Assembly: GCA_010909165.1 (NCBI GenBank)
Contig: VJWM01000007.1
Coordinates: 732,644-796,643 of the forward strand
Direction of reading: 5' to 3'
Length of the DNA stretch: 64,000 nucleotides
DNA from: Anthoceros angustus
Lineage: Eukaryota; Plantae; Anthocerotophyta
Shown here: one piece after another, positions 1 through 14,552 of the stretch
Numbering within the stretch: the first letter of the stretch is position 1
Layout: the number at the start of each line of letters is the position of its first letter
The notes under the pieces: model-generated
What the model saw: only the letters and a program-made list of their open reading frames with translations
Told to the model about the DNA's origin: nothing
Databases searched by the model: none
Position numbers and translations under genes: made by a program

Positions 1-3000
1 GAGTCTCAACACGATTAATGGTGTGGTGATATTTTTTAACATCTGCTCTTTGTTGAACCAAGGATTTCTAACGTCCAGTTTTGTGTGGCTGTTAGGTGGT
101 TGGAACTTGAGAAGGAAGCTGCAATCCTAAATGTGTCCTTGCAGGAGACAAAAAAGAAGTTTACTGAAGAAACAGAACGACAGGTGGCTAAGATTTGTCT
201 ATGATGTGCAGCTGCCGACTCGGGACTCTTGCTCGCTTCCATTATCATTCTCCTGCAACGGTGTATGCTGTGTAGATTCAAGATTTTTCAAGACTTGCAG
301 TCTCGTTCAGAGATCGAATGATGTTGAAGGGACCTGGGACGAGCAATGACCTAGATGAAGGGCTTGCGCTGCTGAAGGATTATCAGGTGAGAGACAGGTT
401 CACAATATAGCGGTATGATGCTGCACATTTTCTTCTCGGGATTGTTAGCGCTTTGATTGTGCCAAGCTAGCAACTTGGGGATGCAACTAATGTCTTTGAG
501 CATGATGTGATACATGAATTGCCTCAACTGTTCAACTTCGATACCAGACTGAATTAGAGGGAATTCAAAAGACAAGAGAAGCCCTTGTGCTTGCCCAGAA
601 GCTATTTGATATGCCAATCACACCCTACCCTGCTCTTGCAGAGGTAAAAATGATGAAGTAAGTGCGGCTGTTGGTGACTGTGGACAGTACTTCTTACAAT
701 TGTCTCTCTCTTAGGTTGAAGGTTCGCTGAAAAGCATGACCTTGATATACAATGTGTATGTGGACTTCAAGAATGCGGTCGCAAATTACTCTAGTATGTT
801 GTGGGTAGAACTCGACATTGATAAACTGGTCAAAGTCACTGAGGAATTTGGCGTGCGCATGAAACGCATGAAAACTCTAAAAACTTTGCTGCCATTTATT
901 AACCTGGAAGCGAAGTTGAAGGGTTTCCAGGATTCACTTCCCCTGATTCAGGTGAGATTTCCCTGGTATCATGAGTTAGAAACACAGCTGAGTTTAGATG
1001 CAGAAACTGTGTACTGTTTCCGAGGAAAACTATCCTAACCTTTTTTGTCACAGGACCTCAAAAGCGAAGCACTCCGGCCCAGACATTGGGAAAAGCTGAT
1101 GAAGGAAACTGGGAAATCATTTGACATGGATCCCAAGACTTTTACCCTCGCGAACTTGTTTAGAATGGAGCTTCATAGGTTTGCAAATGTGATCAGGTAC
1201 AAAATCATTACCTGTGTGGCGGTACAGTTGTATGAAGGAGGAGGGAGAAGAAGGATTATATTTGAACTCCTTATGTTTTTCTATTTGAACTGCTCTGAGT
1301 GCTTTATTGGAATTTCCATTGACCTGATCCTGTTTTATTCGTGTCGTTAAGACCCTTCTTTGCCTCAACCTAGATGACTCTTTGACTGTAAGTCCCCTCA
1401 CTCCTTGATAGTGAAATTACAAATGCTGCGACGAAAGAATTAAACATAGAAAGCGAGCTTAAAAATATGGCTGACACGTGGAAGGACCAGCAGTTTGAGG
1501 TGTACAAGTACAACAAAGATGGAAGGGACCGAGGATGGGTTTTGAAGTCCACCGAGCCAATTGCTTTTCTTCTGGAGGATATGACACTTAACTTGCAGAG
1601 CATGACTAGCTCGCGGTTTGTGCGTGCATTTCTTGATGAGGTCAACTCGTGGGAAAGGAGATTGAGTTTGATTGGCGAGGTTATTGAAATTTGGATGCAG
1701 GTATGTACGAAATCGCTAATGGTATGTAAAGCCTAAAGCTAGTCTGCAGATAATGGGCTGGCTAAAGCATTCCTTTCATATGGATCAGGTGCAACGAAAA
1801 TGGATGTATCTTGAGAGTATCTTTTGCTCAGATGACATCCGACATCAGCTGCCTGACGAAGCCAAAAAATTTGATGTTATTGATAAGAATTGGAAAAAGA
1901 TCATGACAGAGACAGCTGGCAATCCCAACATAGTAGCTGCTTGCAGTGTGGATGGACGCTTGTCTGCTCTTGGTCTTCTGTTCCAGCAGCTTGAGAATTG
2001 TCAGAAGAGTTTGAGCGAGTAAGCTTTCTAACTTTGATCGACCTTTGTTCCTACATGGCTGCTGGATGAGTGGTATTGAACAGTCGGTGCTATATGCCCA
2101 TTATTGCAGGTATTTGGATACCAAGAGAAATGCGTTTCCCAGATTTTTTTTCATATCTGATGATGAGCTCTTATCAGTTCTTGGCACATCAGACCCAAGC
2201 TCAATACAAGAGCATATGCTGAAACTATTCGACAATTGTGCAGCCTTGGTATTTGGTGATAAAATGAAATCAGTTATTGGGATGAAATCTTCAGAGTCTG
2301 AGACATTCTCGTTTAAATTAAACGTGCCTACCGATGGTGCTGTTGAGGGGTGGATGAAAGCCGTCGAGGCAGAGATGCGCCATACCCTATATGAGATATT
2401 AAAGGAAGGGGTTTATAATTATGCTAAGATTCGCCGAACCCAGTGGATTATTGACAACCTTGGCATGGTCACACTTGTAAGCTGGGGAACTCTCTACAAG
2501 CTTTGAACCGATACGTTTCAGTGATCCCCAAGTTTTGAGGGTTGCTATGAGGTTCCTTTCCTTCATGAAGTCTGAATGTTCATCTTTCTATGTGGTCAGG
2601 CTGGAAGCCAAATTTGGTGGACCTGGGAAGTGGAAGATGCTTTCCTTAGCGTTCGAAAAGGCAATAAAAATGCTATGAAAGTCTTCAGCGTTAAGCTAAC
2701 TGACCAGCTGGATGACCTGGTTACCATGGTCCGCTCAGATTTGAGTTCCTTACAAAGAAAAAAGGTGCCGTTGTGTTTGTCTCTTTTTCTTCACATTTTG
2801 GCTCACCTGCCTTCAAAGTTTTGATACACTTTAGACCACAAGCTCCGTTTTTTTCCTGATTGAAGCTGTTTTGTTTGTCGTGTATCATAGGTGAATGCTC
2901 TTATCATTATTGATGTACATGCTCGAGATATTATTGATACTTTTGTGCGCGACAGTATATTAGACCATAGGGAATTTGCTTGGGAGAGTCAGCTACGATT

Positions 3001-6000
3001 CTACTGGGATAGGATAAAGGACGATACTATGATCAGGTGCTTACTACTTCTTATAGCCTTTCAGGAAAACTGGTGTGACCTTGACCTTTGTCGCATAGAA
3101 GTGTATTTTTAAAACTCTTTTTACTGAATTTTTAGACAGTGTACTGGGGAATTCCGATATGGTTATGAATATATGGGACTGAATGGGAGGCTGGTTATTA
3201 CGGCGCTAACCGATCGGTGTTACATGACTCTCACGACTGCATTGACATATCGACTTGGCGGTGCTCCAGCTGGACCTGCTGGGACAGGCAAAACTGAAAC
3301 AACTAAAGATCTAGCGAAGTCTATGGCGCTACTTTGTGTTGTCTTCAATTGTGGTGACGGACTGGACTATAAGGTTCATTAGGTTCATTTTGATTCTGTC
3401 GGACCTACTTAGTGATCCTGTCCTATATGCGTGTTTTAGGTAATCACTAGCTGTAATAATGTCGGTATGTCGTTGTTTTTATGTAACTTGAGTTCATACC
3501 GGGTTCCTTGTGCAGGCAATGGGTTCAATATTTTCTGGGCTAGTTCAATGTGGAGCATGGGGTTGCTTTGATGAATTTAACAGGATTGATGCTGAAGTAC
3601 TTTCAGTGGTATCATCTCAAATAAAGCAAATACAGGTGAAATTATAAAATTTTTAGTTAATCATACGGAGCTTTGAGACAAGTCTAAATTCCGCTAGGAG
3701 TATGACGTGGTTTTTGTGAATCGCTAGGAAGCACTAAAGAACGGCTTGAAGAAATTTGTATTTGAAGGTAAAGAGATCGCACTTGACTCCAGGACAGGGA
3801 TATTTATAACGATGAATCCCGGCTACGCTGGAAGGACAGAGCTTCCAGACAATCTGAAAGCACTGTTTCGTCCAGTGACAATGATTGTGCCAGATTTCTT
3901 ACAAATTTGCGAGATTATGCTTTTCTCGGAAGGGTGAGATGAAAGCAGCTCATGCGGTTTACTAGGAAACTGAGACGTCTTGTACTGATGCATTGCACAT
4001 GGGGTGTCTGATAAGAGTTTGATTGGCTTTTGCAGGTTCGGAACAGCAAAACTGCTCGCTAAGAAGATGACTGTGCTCTACAAACTTTCGAGAGAGCAGC
4101 TATCGAAGCAGTATCATTATGACTTCGGTCTACGTGCTTTGAAGTCCGTCTTGGTCATGGCAGGGGCACTCAAACGAGGTAGCCCAGACATGAGTGAGCA
4201 GCTGGTTCTCATGCGAGCTTTAAGAGATATGAATCTTCCGAAGTTTGTGTTCGAGGATGTGCCACTTTTTTTGGGTCTTATTAATGACCTGTTTCCGGGG
4301 CTGGATTGTCCCCGTGTTCGATATCCGCAACTCAATGACGTCGTAGAGCTGGACTTGAAGGTGAAAACACACCCTTTTACAAGATCAGAGATCTGGAATA
4401 GGACCTGGTATTGCACAAATAAATGACACAGGGAGCGTGCTTGCATCCTGAGCATTCGAGTCTTTCTTTTGCGTATGACATTCTCATTTCACGTGGCATA
4501 TATACGAACGTTCAGTTCTTGAGAGGCTGTTCTACCCTGTCTATGATGTAGGAACATGGTTACCAAGTCATGACAGAGCCCAGTGGTCAGGTGGATAAGG
4601 TGATACAGTTGTATGAGACGATGCTCACTCGTCACACTACTATGGTGGTTGGTCCAACTGGTGGAGGAAAGAGTGTTGTCATTCATAGTCTGGCACGAGC
4701 TCAAACAAGACTGAACTTCCCAACGAAGCTCCACATTATTAATCCTAAAGCTCAACCGACTAGTGAATTGTATGGATTGATGGGTAAACTATTCTTGTGG
4801 CCTCAGTAGCTTCTCCAACCGACAGTTGTGGTAGGTCCACTCACATTGTTGACCGACAACAGATCCGGATACTCGTGACTGGACGGATGGACTGCTGTCG
4901 AGCATATTCCGGGAAATCAACAAACCCACGACCGTGGAGAAGAATGACCGAAACTATCTTGTGTTTGATGGTGATGTTGATGCATTGTGGGTGGAGGACA
5001 TGAACAGTGTCATGGATGACAACAAACTGCTCACACTGCCAAACGGAGAGCGCATTCGGCTTAGAGACAGTTCGAAGCTGCTATTTGAGGTTTGTACAGA
5101 TTTCCCACAGTAGAGTAGCCAATGTGCATCTTTTTGTCTGGGTTTTCCAATCTCTCCAATTGGCAGGTGGCAGACTTGCAGTATGCTTCCCCAGCTACTG
5201 TAAGCAGGTGTGGAATGGTATATGTTGACAACAAAAATCTAGGCTATCGGCCCTTCATATGGAAATGGTGCAATTCTCGCAAAAAGTAAGCTGAAGCAGG
5301 CCCTGAAGTTCTCTTGTTTGCCTTAGAGCCATACGGTTGGGTTTCACCTCACACGATGATTACAGGGCAGAAGAAGCCGATGTTCTGAGAGATCTAATGG
5401 ACAAATATGTAAAGAGGTGCATAGACTTCATCCTGGAGGGACTTGCAGATGATGTAATCACCATGCCATTGCAGCAGACAATTCCTTTAACCAATCTGAA
5501 CATGGTGATCCAGCTATGCACTCTTTTGGAGGTTATCCTGACCGAGGACACAACAGTTTGTAATCCCACGGTCTGGACTGAACACCAATTTTTTGGCTGA
5601 GGTACCACGTTTTTGGGGATATAGGCTTTAACTGCGAGCTCATATTCTGTTTGGGATGGACTGTGAATATTTTCAGACGCTGGAGGCCTTGTTCGTTTTC
5701 TGCTTGATATGGTCTCTTGGGGGAACCATCGTGCAATCAGGCGCAATCAAGGACCGTGACCGCTTTGAAAAGTTCGTGAAAGGTTGTGCTTGCATTGGCA
5801 CAAGTTCCGGTGATCCTGTTCCACCATCCCAACTTCCTGAGTCATCCCTTTATGAGTACTGCTTCAATACACAGGATCTGCAGTGGCGATCCTGGAAATC
5901 TATGGTTCCAGACTACGTGGTACAGTAGGATGCTTGTGATTCCATTTGCCTGGGGATCTCGACCTATACTCCCTCTTCTGAGCTCTCTAACTTGGTTTCC

Positions 6001-9000
6001 TTGGCGCCTACAGCCACCTCCAGACAAAGTGTTCAGCAAAATATTGGTACCGACTGTGGACACCTTGCGTTCTACTCATCTTTTGGATACTTTGGTCAAG
6101 GTGAGAGTCCTCCACCTGCTAATCCACAGTGGGTGTCTGCAACTAGCTAGCTCCAGTAAGCTGCCTGAGGATCTGGTGTTAGGGCTGATTGGAGGAGCTC
6201 TGATATTTCAGGCACGGAGAGCTGTGCTGTTTATTGGAGAGAGTGGAACAGCAAAGACTGTAGCAATTCAGAAATACTTCAGTGGCTTGCCCACTGCTAG
6301 TTACCTCATTCTAGGAATGAATTTCAGCAGCCGAACAACATCAATGGATGTTCAGCTAATGGTTGAAGACGCTGTGGAAAAGCGAACAAAGGTCTGTGCA
6401 TGCCTTCTTTAACTCTCTAAATTTGTGCTGCGGATGCTCTTATAATTCATAAGAAGTTGGATCTTGTGCAGGATACATACGGCCCACCAATGGGCAGAAC
6501 CATGATAGTTTTCATTGATGACCTGAATATGCCCAGAGTGGATACATATGGGACCCAGCAGCCAATTGCGATGCTAAAGCTCTTAATCGAGCGTGGTGGT
6601 ATTTATGATAGAGGGTAGGGTTCTCTAATTTGTTCTCTGTGCAATAGAATGGCTGGATTTGCCTTGGTTGGCTCCATCCTCATACAGCAGGGCTTGACAT
6701 CAACACACTCTGCTCAAACTGCAGGAAGGAGCTGAACTGGAAGAACATGAAGGACATCCAGTTTGTGGGAGCAATGGGGCGACCAGGTGGAGCAAGAAAC
6801 CCTGTTGATCCCCGATTCATCTCTCTGTTCAGCTGCTTTGAGATTCAATTTCCTTCAAACGCATCGCTTTCCCACATATACAATGCCATTTTAGAGGCTC
6901 ATGTGAAGAACCTTGTAGCGGAAATCCAGGTCTCTTTCTATTCCTCAAGATGTCCTACAACTGGATGTTGTATTATCATGTTCCCAGCTTCACTGCTGGA
7001 TTTATCAGCAAGCAGAGTTGAGGATTTTGATTCACCCTTCAGCAAGCATTTGACTGTTTGACTTTGTTGGCAGGATCTTGCAGGAGCAATCACTGACCTG
7101 ACGCTCGGCTTGTACAACTATGTTATTGACAAATTACCGCCGACCCCATCTAGATTCCACTATATTTTCAATCTGCGTGATTTGAGTCGTATTTATGAAG
7201 GCCTATGTTTGTCAACACCTGATAGAGTTAAAACTGCCACGCAAATGCTGCGCTTGTGGCGAAATGAATGTCTTAGAATTTTCTATGACCGATTGATCAA
7301 CGACAGGGACAAGGAAATCGTTGAGGTACATCGACAATCTGCCATTGGGATAGTGTATTCTCCGTTCTTCAAATTTTCAATCTTGTTCGTCGTAATGCAC
7401 ACTGTGTCCTGCCTGTCACAGACAAAACTTTCTGAGCTGCTTAACCAGAAGCACGCAGCTATAGTAGAACCAATCCTGGCGAATCCTATTTTATTTGGAG
7501 ACTATCGCCTAGCCCTTCATCCTGGAGAAGCAAGGTTGTATGAAGATCTCGGCAACTTCGAGCGGGTGAAGAACCTGTTTGAGGAGATACTGGATGAATA
7601 CTGTCTTGTGAACAAGAAGATGAATCTCGTTATGTTTGAAGATGCTCTGGAACACCTTACTCGGATTCATCGCATTTTGCGCCTCGAACAGGTAAATCTG
7701 TGCGTAGTATCTAAGTCAACCATGTCAGTTATTTGCCTCAGATCTTTAATTGGAGCCTCACATTGTACATATAGGGAAACACTCTCCTCGTAGGAGTGGG
7801 AGGAAGCGGCAAGAAAAGCCTTTCAAAACTAGCAGGTTTTGCTGCAGGATGCAAAAGTTTTGAAATCACATTAACACGTGGTTACAATGAAGAACTGTTC
7901 CGTGAGGACCTTAAGAAGCTGTATTCCATATTGGGCGTGGAAAATTTGCCCGTCGCATTTCTGTTTACTGATGCACATGTCGCAGACGAGGGTTTCCTAG
8001 AACTTATCAACAATATGCTGACTTCTGGCATGGTGCCAGCCTTATTTAAAGAAGATGAAAAAGATGGAATGATCGGCCAGGTATGGCATGTTGTCCAACG
8101 GTGTTGTTTTCCTTTGGCGAACATGTGCAACGCTTGCTACTGAACCTTTACCATTAAATCCTATGCAGGTGAGGGAAGCTGTTACCGCAGCAGGTATTGT
8201 GGACACAAAAGAAAATTGCTGGGGATATTTCATAAGCAGGTGTAGAAGAAATCTTCACCTTATTCTGGCGATGTCACCTGTTGGAGACACTTTAAGAACC
8301 AGATGCCGAAATTTTCCGGGACTGGTATAGCCGCCGACTTCGCACCACGAACTTCCTGCCCAGCATTAAGAACTTGGGTTGTGATCTGCTAAAACTGGCT
8401 GCATACTCGTCTGTTACATATACGCAGGTTAATAACTGCGTAATTAACTGGCTGAGCCCGTGGCCCGAAGAAGCGCTCAAGTCTGTAGCCTCTGTGTTTT
8501 TAGCAGAAGTGGACCTTCCGGATGAGCTGCGTGAGCCTATTTTGGAGCACATAGTCATGGTCCATCAGTCAGTCTGTAGACTTAGTGAGGTGTTTGAGCA
8601 ACAGATGCGGAGGCACAATTATGTCACTCCAAAGAACTTTTTGGATTTCATTATAAATTATCGTAATGCGTTGAAGACAAACAGGAAAAACAACGCTGAT
8701 ATGTGTAAAAGACTTGATGGAGGGCTGCAGAAACTTATACAAGCCGCCCAAGAAGTTGCTGTCATGCAGGTGGAATTGGCGACATGGGAGTGGATACAAG
8801 GTCCGGCTTTAGGACCCTAAAGCGCTAACAAGTTACTTGTTTGATATGACAGGTGACTCTTGCAGATGCAAAAGTGGTGGTAGATGAGAAAACAAACCAA
8901 TGCAACGCCTTGCTGGAGGTCATCAGGTTTATACACATTCCCCGACCTCTGTAGTCCGCTTTCGTGCGTCAGGCGGGTGTATACATTCGTTAACAACTGT

Positions 9001-12000
9001 TTAACTGGTGACCTATCAGTCGAAATACAGCTGAAGTGCAAAGTAAACAAGCAGTTGCGCAAGAAAAGCAATCTGACCTCGCCAAACAAGGGGAGTTGAT
9101 TACCAAGGAAAAGGGGGAAGCAGAGATAGCTCTTGCTGAGGCTCTCCCAGCCCTTGAAGCTGCTGCAGAGGCCTTGAACAACTTGAAGAAGGATGAGATC
9201 ACTGAGATCCGGTCCTTCGCCAAACCCCACATATTAGTGCAGAAGGTAATATCACTCAGTCAACTTCCGCAGATCTTCTTGCTGCCGGGTGCAAACGTTT
9301 TCACTGGGGCCCTTGTTCCAGGTCTGTGAATGCGTCGTAATACTCAAAGGCATCAAGGATGTCTCCTGGAAGGGCGCCAAGGCAATGATGGCTGACAATA
9401 GGTTTCTAGCCACGTTGCAGGAGTTTGACAAAGACAACATCAACGAGAAACAGGTATCCACAGAAACCACGGTCTGTCAGCTCCTGCCAGAATGTGTGTG
9501 ATGACACTTTGATGGACGATGTCCCAGATCAGGGCCTTGAAGGAGTATTTCAAAGATCCAAAGTTGTCGTTGGAGGATGTTTCAACGGTGTCCACAGCTG
9601 GAGCTGGATTGCTTCGTTGGGTTATTGCGATGATGAACTACTATGCAATAGCAAAAGTTGTGCAACCCAAACGTCTGGCTGTCGCCACAGCCGAGAAAAA
9701 CCTTCGGAATGCTCAGACTGAACTGGAAAGAATAGTAGCAGAGGTCTGTAACACAGTCATGTAGAGCTTGGGACTGCAGTTTGCGGACTTTACTTTCCCA
9801 TCCCTCTTGGTGCACGGCTTGGTGTAGCAGGTCCCTCGACGCTGATCCCTGACTTCTATTGCAGATAACCCAACTTTCCGCTCAATTACAAGGTTTAAGT
9901 AAACAGTTCGAAGGGAGTACCGCCGAGCAGCAGGACCTGAAGTCAAAAGCAGATCTCATGGAAAAGCGACTGGATGCAGCTGAAAGGCTTATCACTGGTC
10001 TTGGTTCAGAGCGTGTCCGATGGACAAAGGATATCGAAGATCTGGCAGTCGCGAAAGAGAAGTTCTTGGGTGACTGCTTGGTGACTTCTAGTTTTCTCAG
10101 GTACTTTCTCGATCAGACAAAAATAATCAGGGAGAGGGCAAGCCATGAGTTTGGTGAAGTGCAATCTGCCCGTTTGGATTACGTTCCCTTCTGCTCTAAT
10201 GGCTTGGGGTCTCCATGTCGCAGCTATACAGGAGCTTTCACTGTAGACTTCAGAAACCAGATGCTGTTTGACATCTGGCTACCCGACCTGAAAGCCAAAG
10301 CAGTCCCCACCACAGATCCGTTTCGATTGGAATCCTTGCTGACTAGTGAGGTGGAGATCAGCAGATGGGTCAATGAAGGGCTTCCTTCAAATGACCTGTC
10401 CATACAAAATGGCATTCTCACCACGAGATCTTCACGGTTCCCCCTTTGCATCGACCCCCAAATGCAGGTGCCAATGTGCTTGCTTGTGCTCCTTAGATTG
10501 CAAACATCGTATACTATGTCACCTTATTTCGCGATCGACTGCAGGCAATAAACTGGATAAAGAGGAAAGAAGGAAAACAACTGGAAGGACGAGTCAGATC
10601 CTTCAATGACTCTGATTTCCTCAAGCAGCTGGAACTTGCTATCCAGTATGGATTCCCGTTCATGTTTGAGAACGTTGACGAGTACATTGATCCTGTCATA
10701 GATCCGGTTTTGGAAAAGCTTACAGTTTCAGGACCCGGTGGACGAAAAACAATCAAACTTGGGGATAAAGACATTGAATGGGTAAATGTCGGCTATGACT
10801 TGGAAGGTGTAAAAGTGAGTTGAGCGGGAATTTACGCGTTGTATATTGTGCAGGATGATGGGTTTCGCCTTTACATGATCAGTAAATTACCGAACCCGCA
10901 TTATGGACCTGAAATATCAGGGAAGACAATGATTATCAACTATAGTGTGACCGAACAAGGCCTCACGTCACAACTGCTAAACGCTACAGTAAGCCTAGTA
11001 ACGTTGTGCAGCTCTTTTGTGCTGCTGCATCAGATCCATACTCTGAGAGTCGAGCTCTAACTCAGGTTAGGCATGAAAGACCGGATTTGGAAGAACAGAG
11101 GGAGAATTTAGTACGGGATACAAGTGAAAATAAGACCCTCCTCAAACAGTTGGAAGATACCCTTCTTCGAGTAAAGAGAAAAATTACATTAGTTTAAGCT
11201 AAATTTTATATATTCATATTTTTTTATACATGTGGGGTTTGTCTTCCAGGAGTTGAGTAATGCGACAGGAAATATTTTAGATAATGAAGAACTTATAACT
11301 ACTTTAGAAAATACTAAAGGCAAGGCATCAGAAATCTCACAGAAGTTGGCTTTGGCACGAGATACCGCTGTTGAAATTGAACAGGTACTTATGTTTTACA
11401 TATGTACAAATTAAAGATCTCCATACGGGTATCGATATGGAAGCTAATAAAAATGTCACAATGATTCTTGTATAGCTACGATCACGGTATACATCTGCAG
11501 CGAAACGAGGTGCAATCCTATTTTTTGTGATGTCAGCACTCTCCGCCATCAACAATATGTATGAATATTCTTTATCGTCTTTCCTATCGGTATTTCAAAT
11601 ATCTCTTGCTACAAGCAAAAGAGATGCCACTCTGGAAGGACGATTACGCAATATTATTGATGCCCTTACTTATGATGTGTATAACTATACGTGTACTGGA
11701 CTTTTTGAGAAACACAAGTTGATGTTGTCATTTCACATGACTAGTAGAATTATGGATGGAGAAAAGAATTTGAACCATGAACAGCTAGGCTTCTTCTTGA
11801 AAGGAAACTTGTCTCTAGAAAAGTCAGCTATTTTGCGCCCTTATGATTGGATGCCCGATCAAGGTTGGCAGGATATGGTACGGATGATGGATTTGGGTGG
11901 TCAGTTTAAGGAGTTGGCAGAACATTTTCAAATTAATGAGAATGAGAATGGTTGGAGACTATGGTACGATGAAGAAAAACCTGAAGATGTTCCACTACCT

Positions 12001-14548
12001 GGAGGGTTTAGCGAAAGGCTCAATACCTTTGAGCTTCTACTAGTATTGCGGTGTTTTAGGATTGATAGAATAACTGTTGCGCTCACAGTAAGTAAGGTTT
12101 CACATATCATAAAATCATTTTATTATACTTTTATTGATTCAAAGTAATATGACATATATTATGGTATTTGCAGAAATATGTTATGGAGAAAATGGGGGAG
12201 AAGTATGTGATCCCCCCGGTATTGGACTATAAGACAGTCCATCGGCAAAGCTCGGCGTTAACGCCTATTGTCTTTATTTTAAGCCCCGGCGCTGATCCTG
12301 CATTTGATGTATTTAATCTTGGAGAAGAAATGGGCTTCAAAGCGGGGGCTAAACTCAAGTATATGGCATTGGGTCAGGGCATGGGTCCTAAAGCGCAAGA
12401 GATGATTGAGACAGGATCTTCGCGTGGCTTATGGGTGATGTTGCAAAACTGTCACCTTCTACCCTCGTGGTTGAAGACCCTGGAAAAAATATTAGAAAAA
12501 CTACTAAAACCACATGAGGATTTCCGATTGTGGCTCACAACCGAACCTACATCAACCTTTCCTCTTGGTATCCTACAAAGGAGCTTAAAAGTGGTGACAG
12601 AGCCCCCGAATGGCCTCAAGCTAAACATGAAATCATCATATGCAAAAATCACGGAAGAAGGACTTGCAGACTGTCCTCACCCGGCTTTTCGAACACAAGT
12701 ATGTTATGTTGATGAAGTTGCGCGCAAGTTAAAACAAGAAAACAAAATGAACAAGGTTATTGAGCATTTGATGTGGGTAGCAGGTGTACGTCCTGGCCTT
12801 CTTCCATGCGGTGGTGCAAGAAAGACGCAAATATGGACGACTTGGATGGAATGTAGCGTACGATTTCAACGAGACCGACATGAGAATCAGGTAAGTAATT
12901 ACGCATATGGTGAGGCAAGCATAAGAAAATTGATTTGGGCGAGAGTGAAGAGAGCTCCGCGGCGTTTGCTGGTTTGGTGATGCAGCATGGCGTTGATCTC
13001 CACGTATCTGAGAAAAGCTTGGGACAACAAGGATGACACCATTCCTTGGGGCACACTGCGGTACTTGATCGGAGAAGCCATGTACGGTGGGCGTGTGTCA
13101 GACTCGTTCGATCGCCGAATCTTGAAGACATACCTGGACGAATACTTGGGGGACTTCCTGTTCGATAAGTTCCACCCTTTCATCTTCTTCACGGGTCACG
13201 ATGGGGTGAGCTACGAGCTTCCACCGTCCGGACCCAGAGACACCTACGTGCAGATGATCGAGTCCCTTCCCATCGTCCAAACTCCCGAAGTGTTCGGATT
13301 GCACCCCAACGCTGACATCAGCTACTACACCACCACCACCAAAATGACGTGGAGAGGGCTGGTGAGCTTGCAACCCAGAGGAGGATCAAGCCAGTCCGGC
13401 GGGAAGAGGGAGGAGATTGTGGACAACGTGGCAAGCGACATCCTGGGCAAGCTGCCCAAGCCATTCGACATTCCTGTGATCAGAAAGGAGATCGGAATTC
13501 CGACACCCGTGCAGGTGGTGCTGTTGCAAGAGCTGGAAAGGTGGAATAAGCTGGTTCTCAAGATTGAGGATAGCCTCCACCTGCTCAAGAAGGCACTGGC
13601 AGGCGAGATTGGAATGAGCAAAGACCTGGATGATTTGTCCTCTTCCCTCTTCAACGGCCAGTTGCCAGCAATGTGGCGCAAGCTCTCACCGCAGGTACGG
13701 TACACAAATATTCTTGTCACTGGCGAGCACACCAGTGCCATCACTGTGACTTGTGACTTACAGTTCGAGTGCTGCTGCTGCTGCTGCTGCTCCTGCAGAC
13801 GGAGAAGATGTTGGCCACCTGGATGTTGTGGTTTCTGCAGCGCTTGGACCAGTACCAGAGGTGGGTAGAAAAAGGAGAGCCTACAGTCATGTGGCTGTCC
13901 GGGCTCCACATTCCCGAGACGTACATTGCAGCCTTGGTGCAAACTGCGTGCAGGGACCGGGGGTGGCCTCTGGACAAGTCCATCGTATACACGCAGGTGA
14001 GAACCCACAACCTTCGTAGGTAGGGACCCAACAAAAGAGAACCGAGTAGGAGCGCTGTTGCCCGAGATCCTTTCCAAACGTTTTGATGTCTTTGCTTGCA
14101 GGTGAGCCGCTTCACGGACCCCGCGCAGGTGAAAGAAAAGCCCAAGCACGGATGTTACATCTCTGGCCTCTATCTGGAAGGAGCCGGCTGGGACCACGAG
14201 AAGTCTATGCTCAAGCGTCAGGTAAGACTCACTCAACTCGCCAACGCACAGCGGCAGCGCCGTTCTGTTGGACAAAGTGAACTCAGCATTTCATTTGTTC
14301 ATTCCTTCACTCCCCCGTCGCAGGAACCCAAGCTTCTGGTGTACGAGCTTCCCATTCTGCAAATCATCCCTATCGAGGCCAGCAAGCTGAAGCTGCAGAA
14401 CACTCTGTGCACTCCAGTTTACGTCACTCAGGCACGTCGAAATGCCATGGGAGTGGGACTCATCTTCGAGGCGGACATAGCCACCACCACACACTCTTCT
14501 CACTGGGTTCTGCAGGGCGTGGCCCTCTGCCTCAACATAGATCAATAG
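1..14548 (+). CDS. DNAH10: Axonemal inner-arm dynein heavy chain (DNAH10 / Chlamydomonas DHC1 1-alpha-like), multi-exon, 5' part outside the window
   Basis: Spliced ORF pieces run colinearly through tail/linker, AAA1-6, stalk and C-terminal domain. P-loops: GPAGTGKT (3272-3295), GPTGGGKS (4651-4674), GESGTAKT (6236-6259), GVGGSGK (from 7793). Also [26 protein letters not shown] and WVMLQNCHL. The C-terminus [16 protein letters not shown] (TAG 14546-14548) and the GESGTxKT third P-loop match the DNAH10 group. Dozens of short GT-AG introns. Confidence 0.95.
13770..13790 (+). repeat. (TGC)7 microsatellite in a dynein intron just upstream of the acceptor
   Basis: tgctgctgctgctgctgctgc lies directly before tcctgcag|ACGGAGAAG (acceptor at 13797-13798). 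Confidence 0.9.
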
Positions 14549-14552
14549 GAAT

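Noticed and set aside
13325-14275. 316-aa minus-strand ORF (and other long antisense ORFs over dynein and kinesin)
   Set aside because: Shadow ORFs opposite GC-rich coding exons; non-ATG starts, no recognisable domain.
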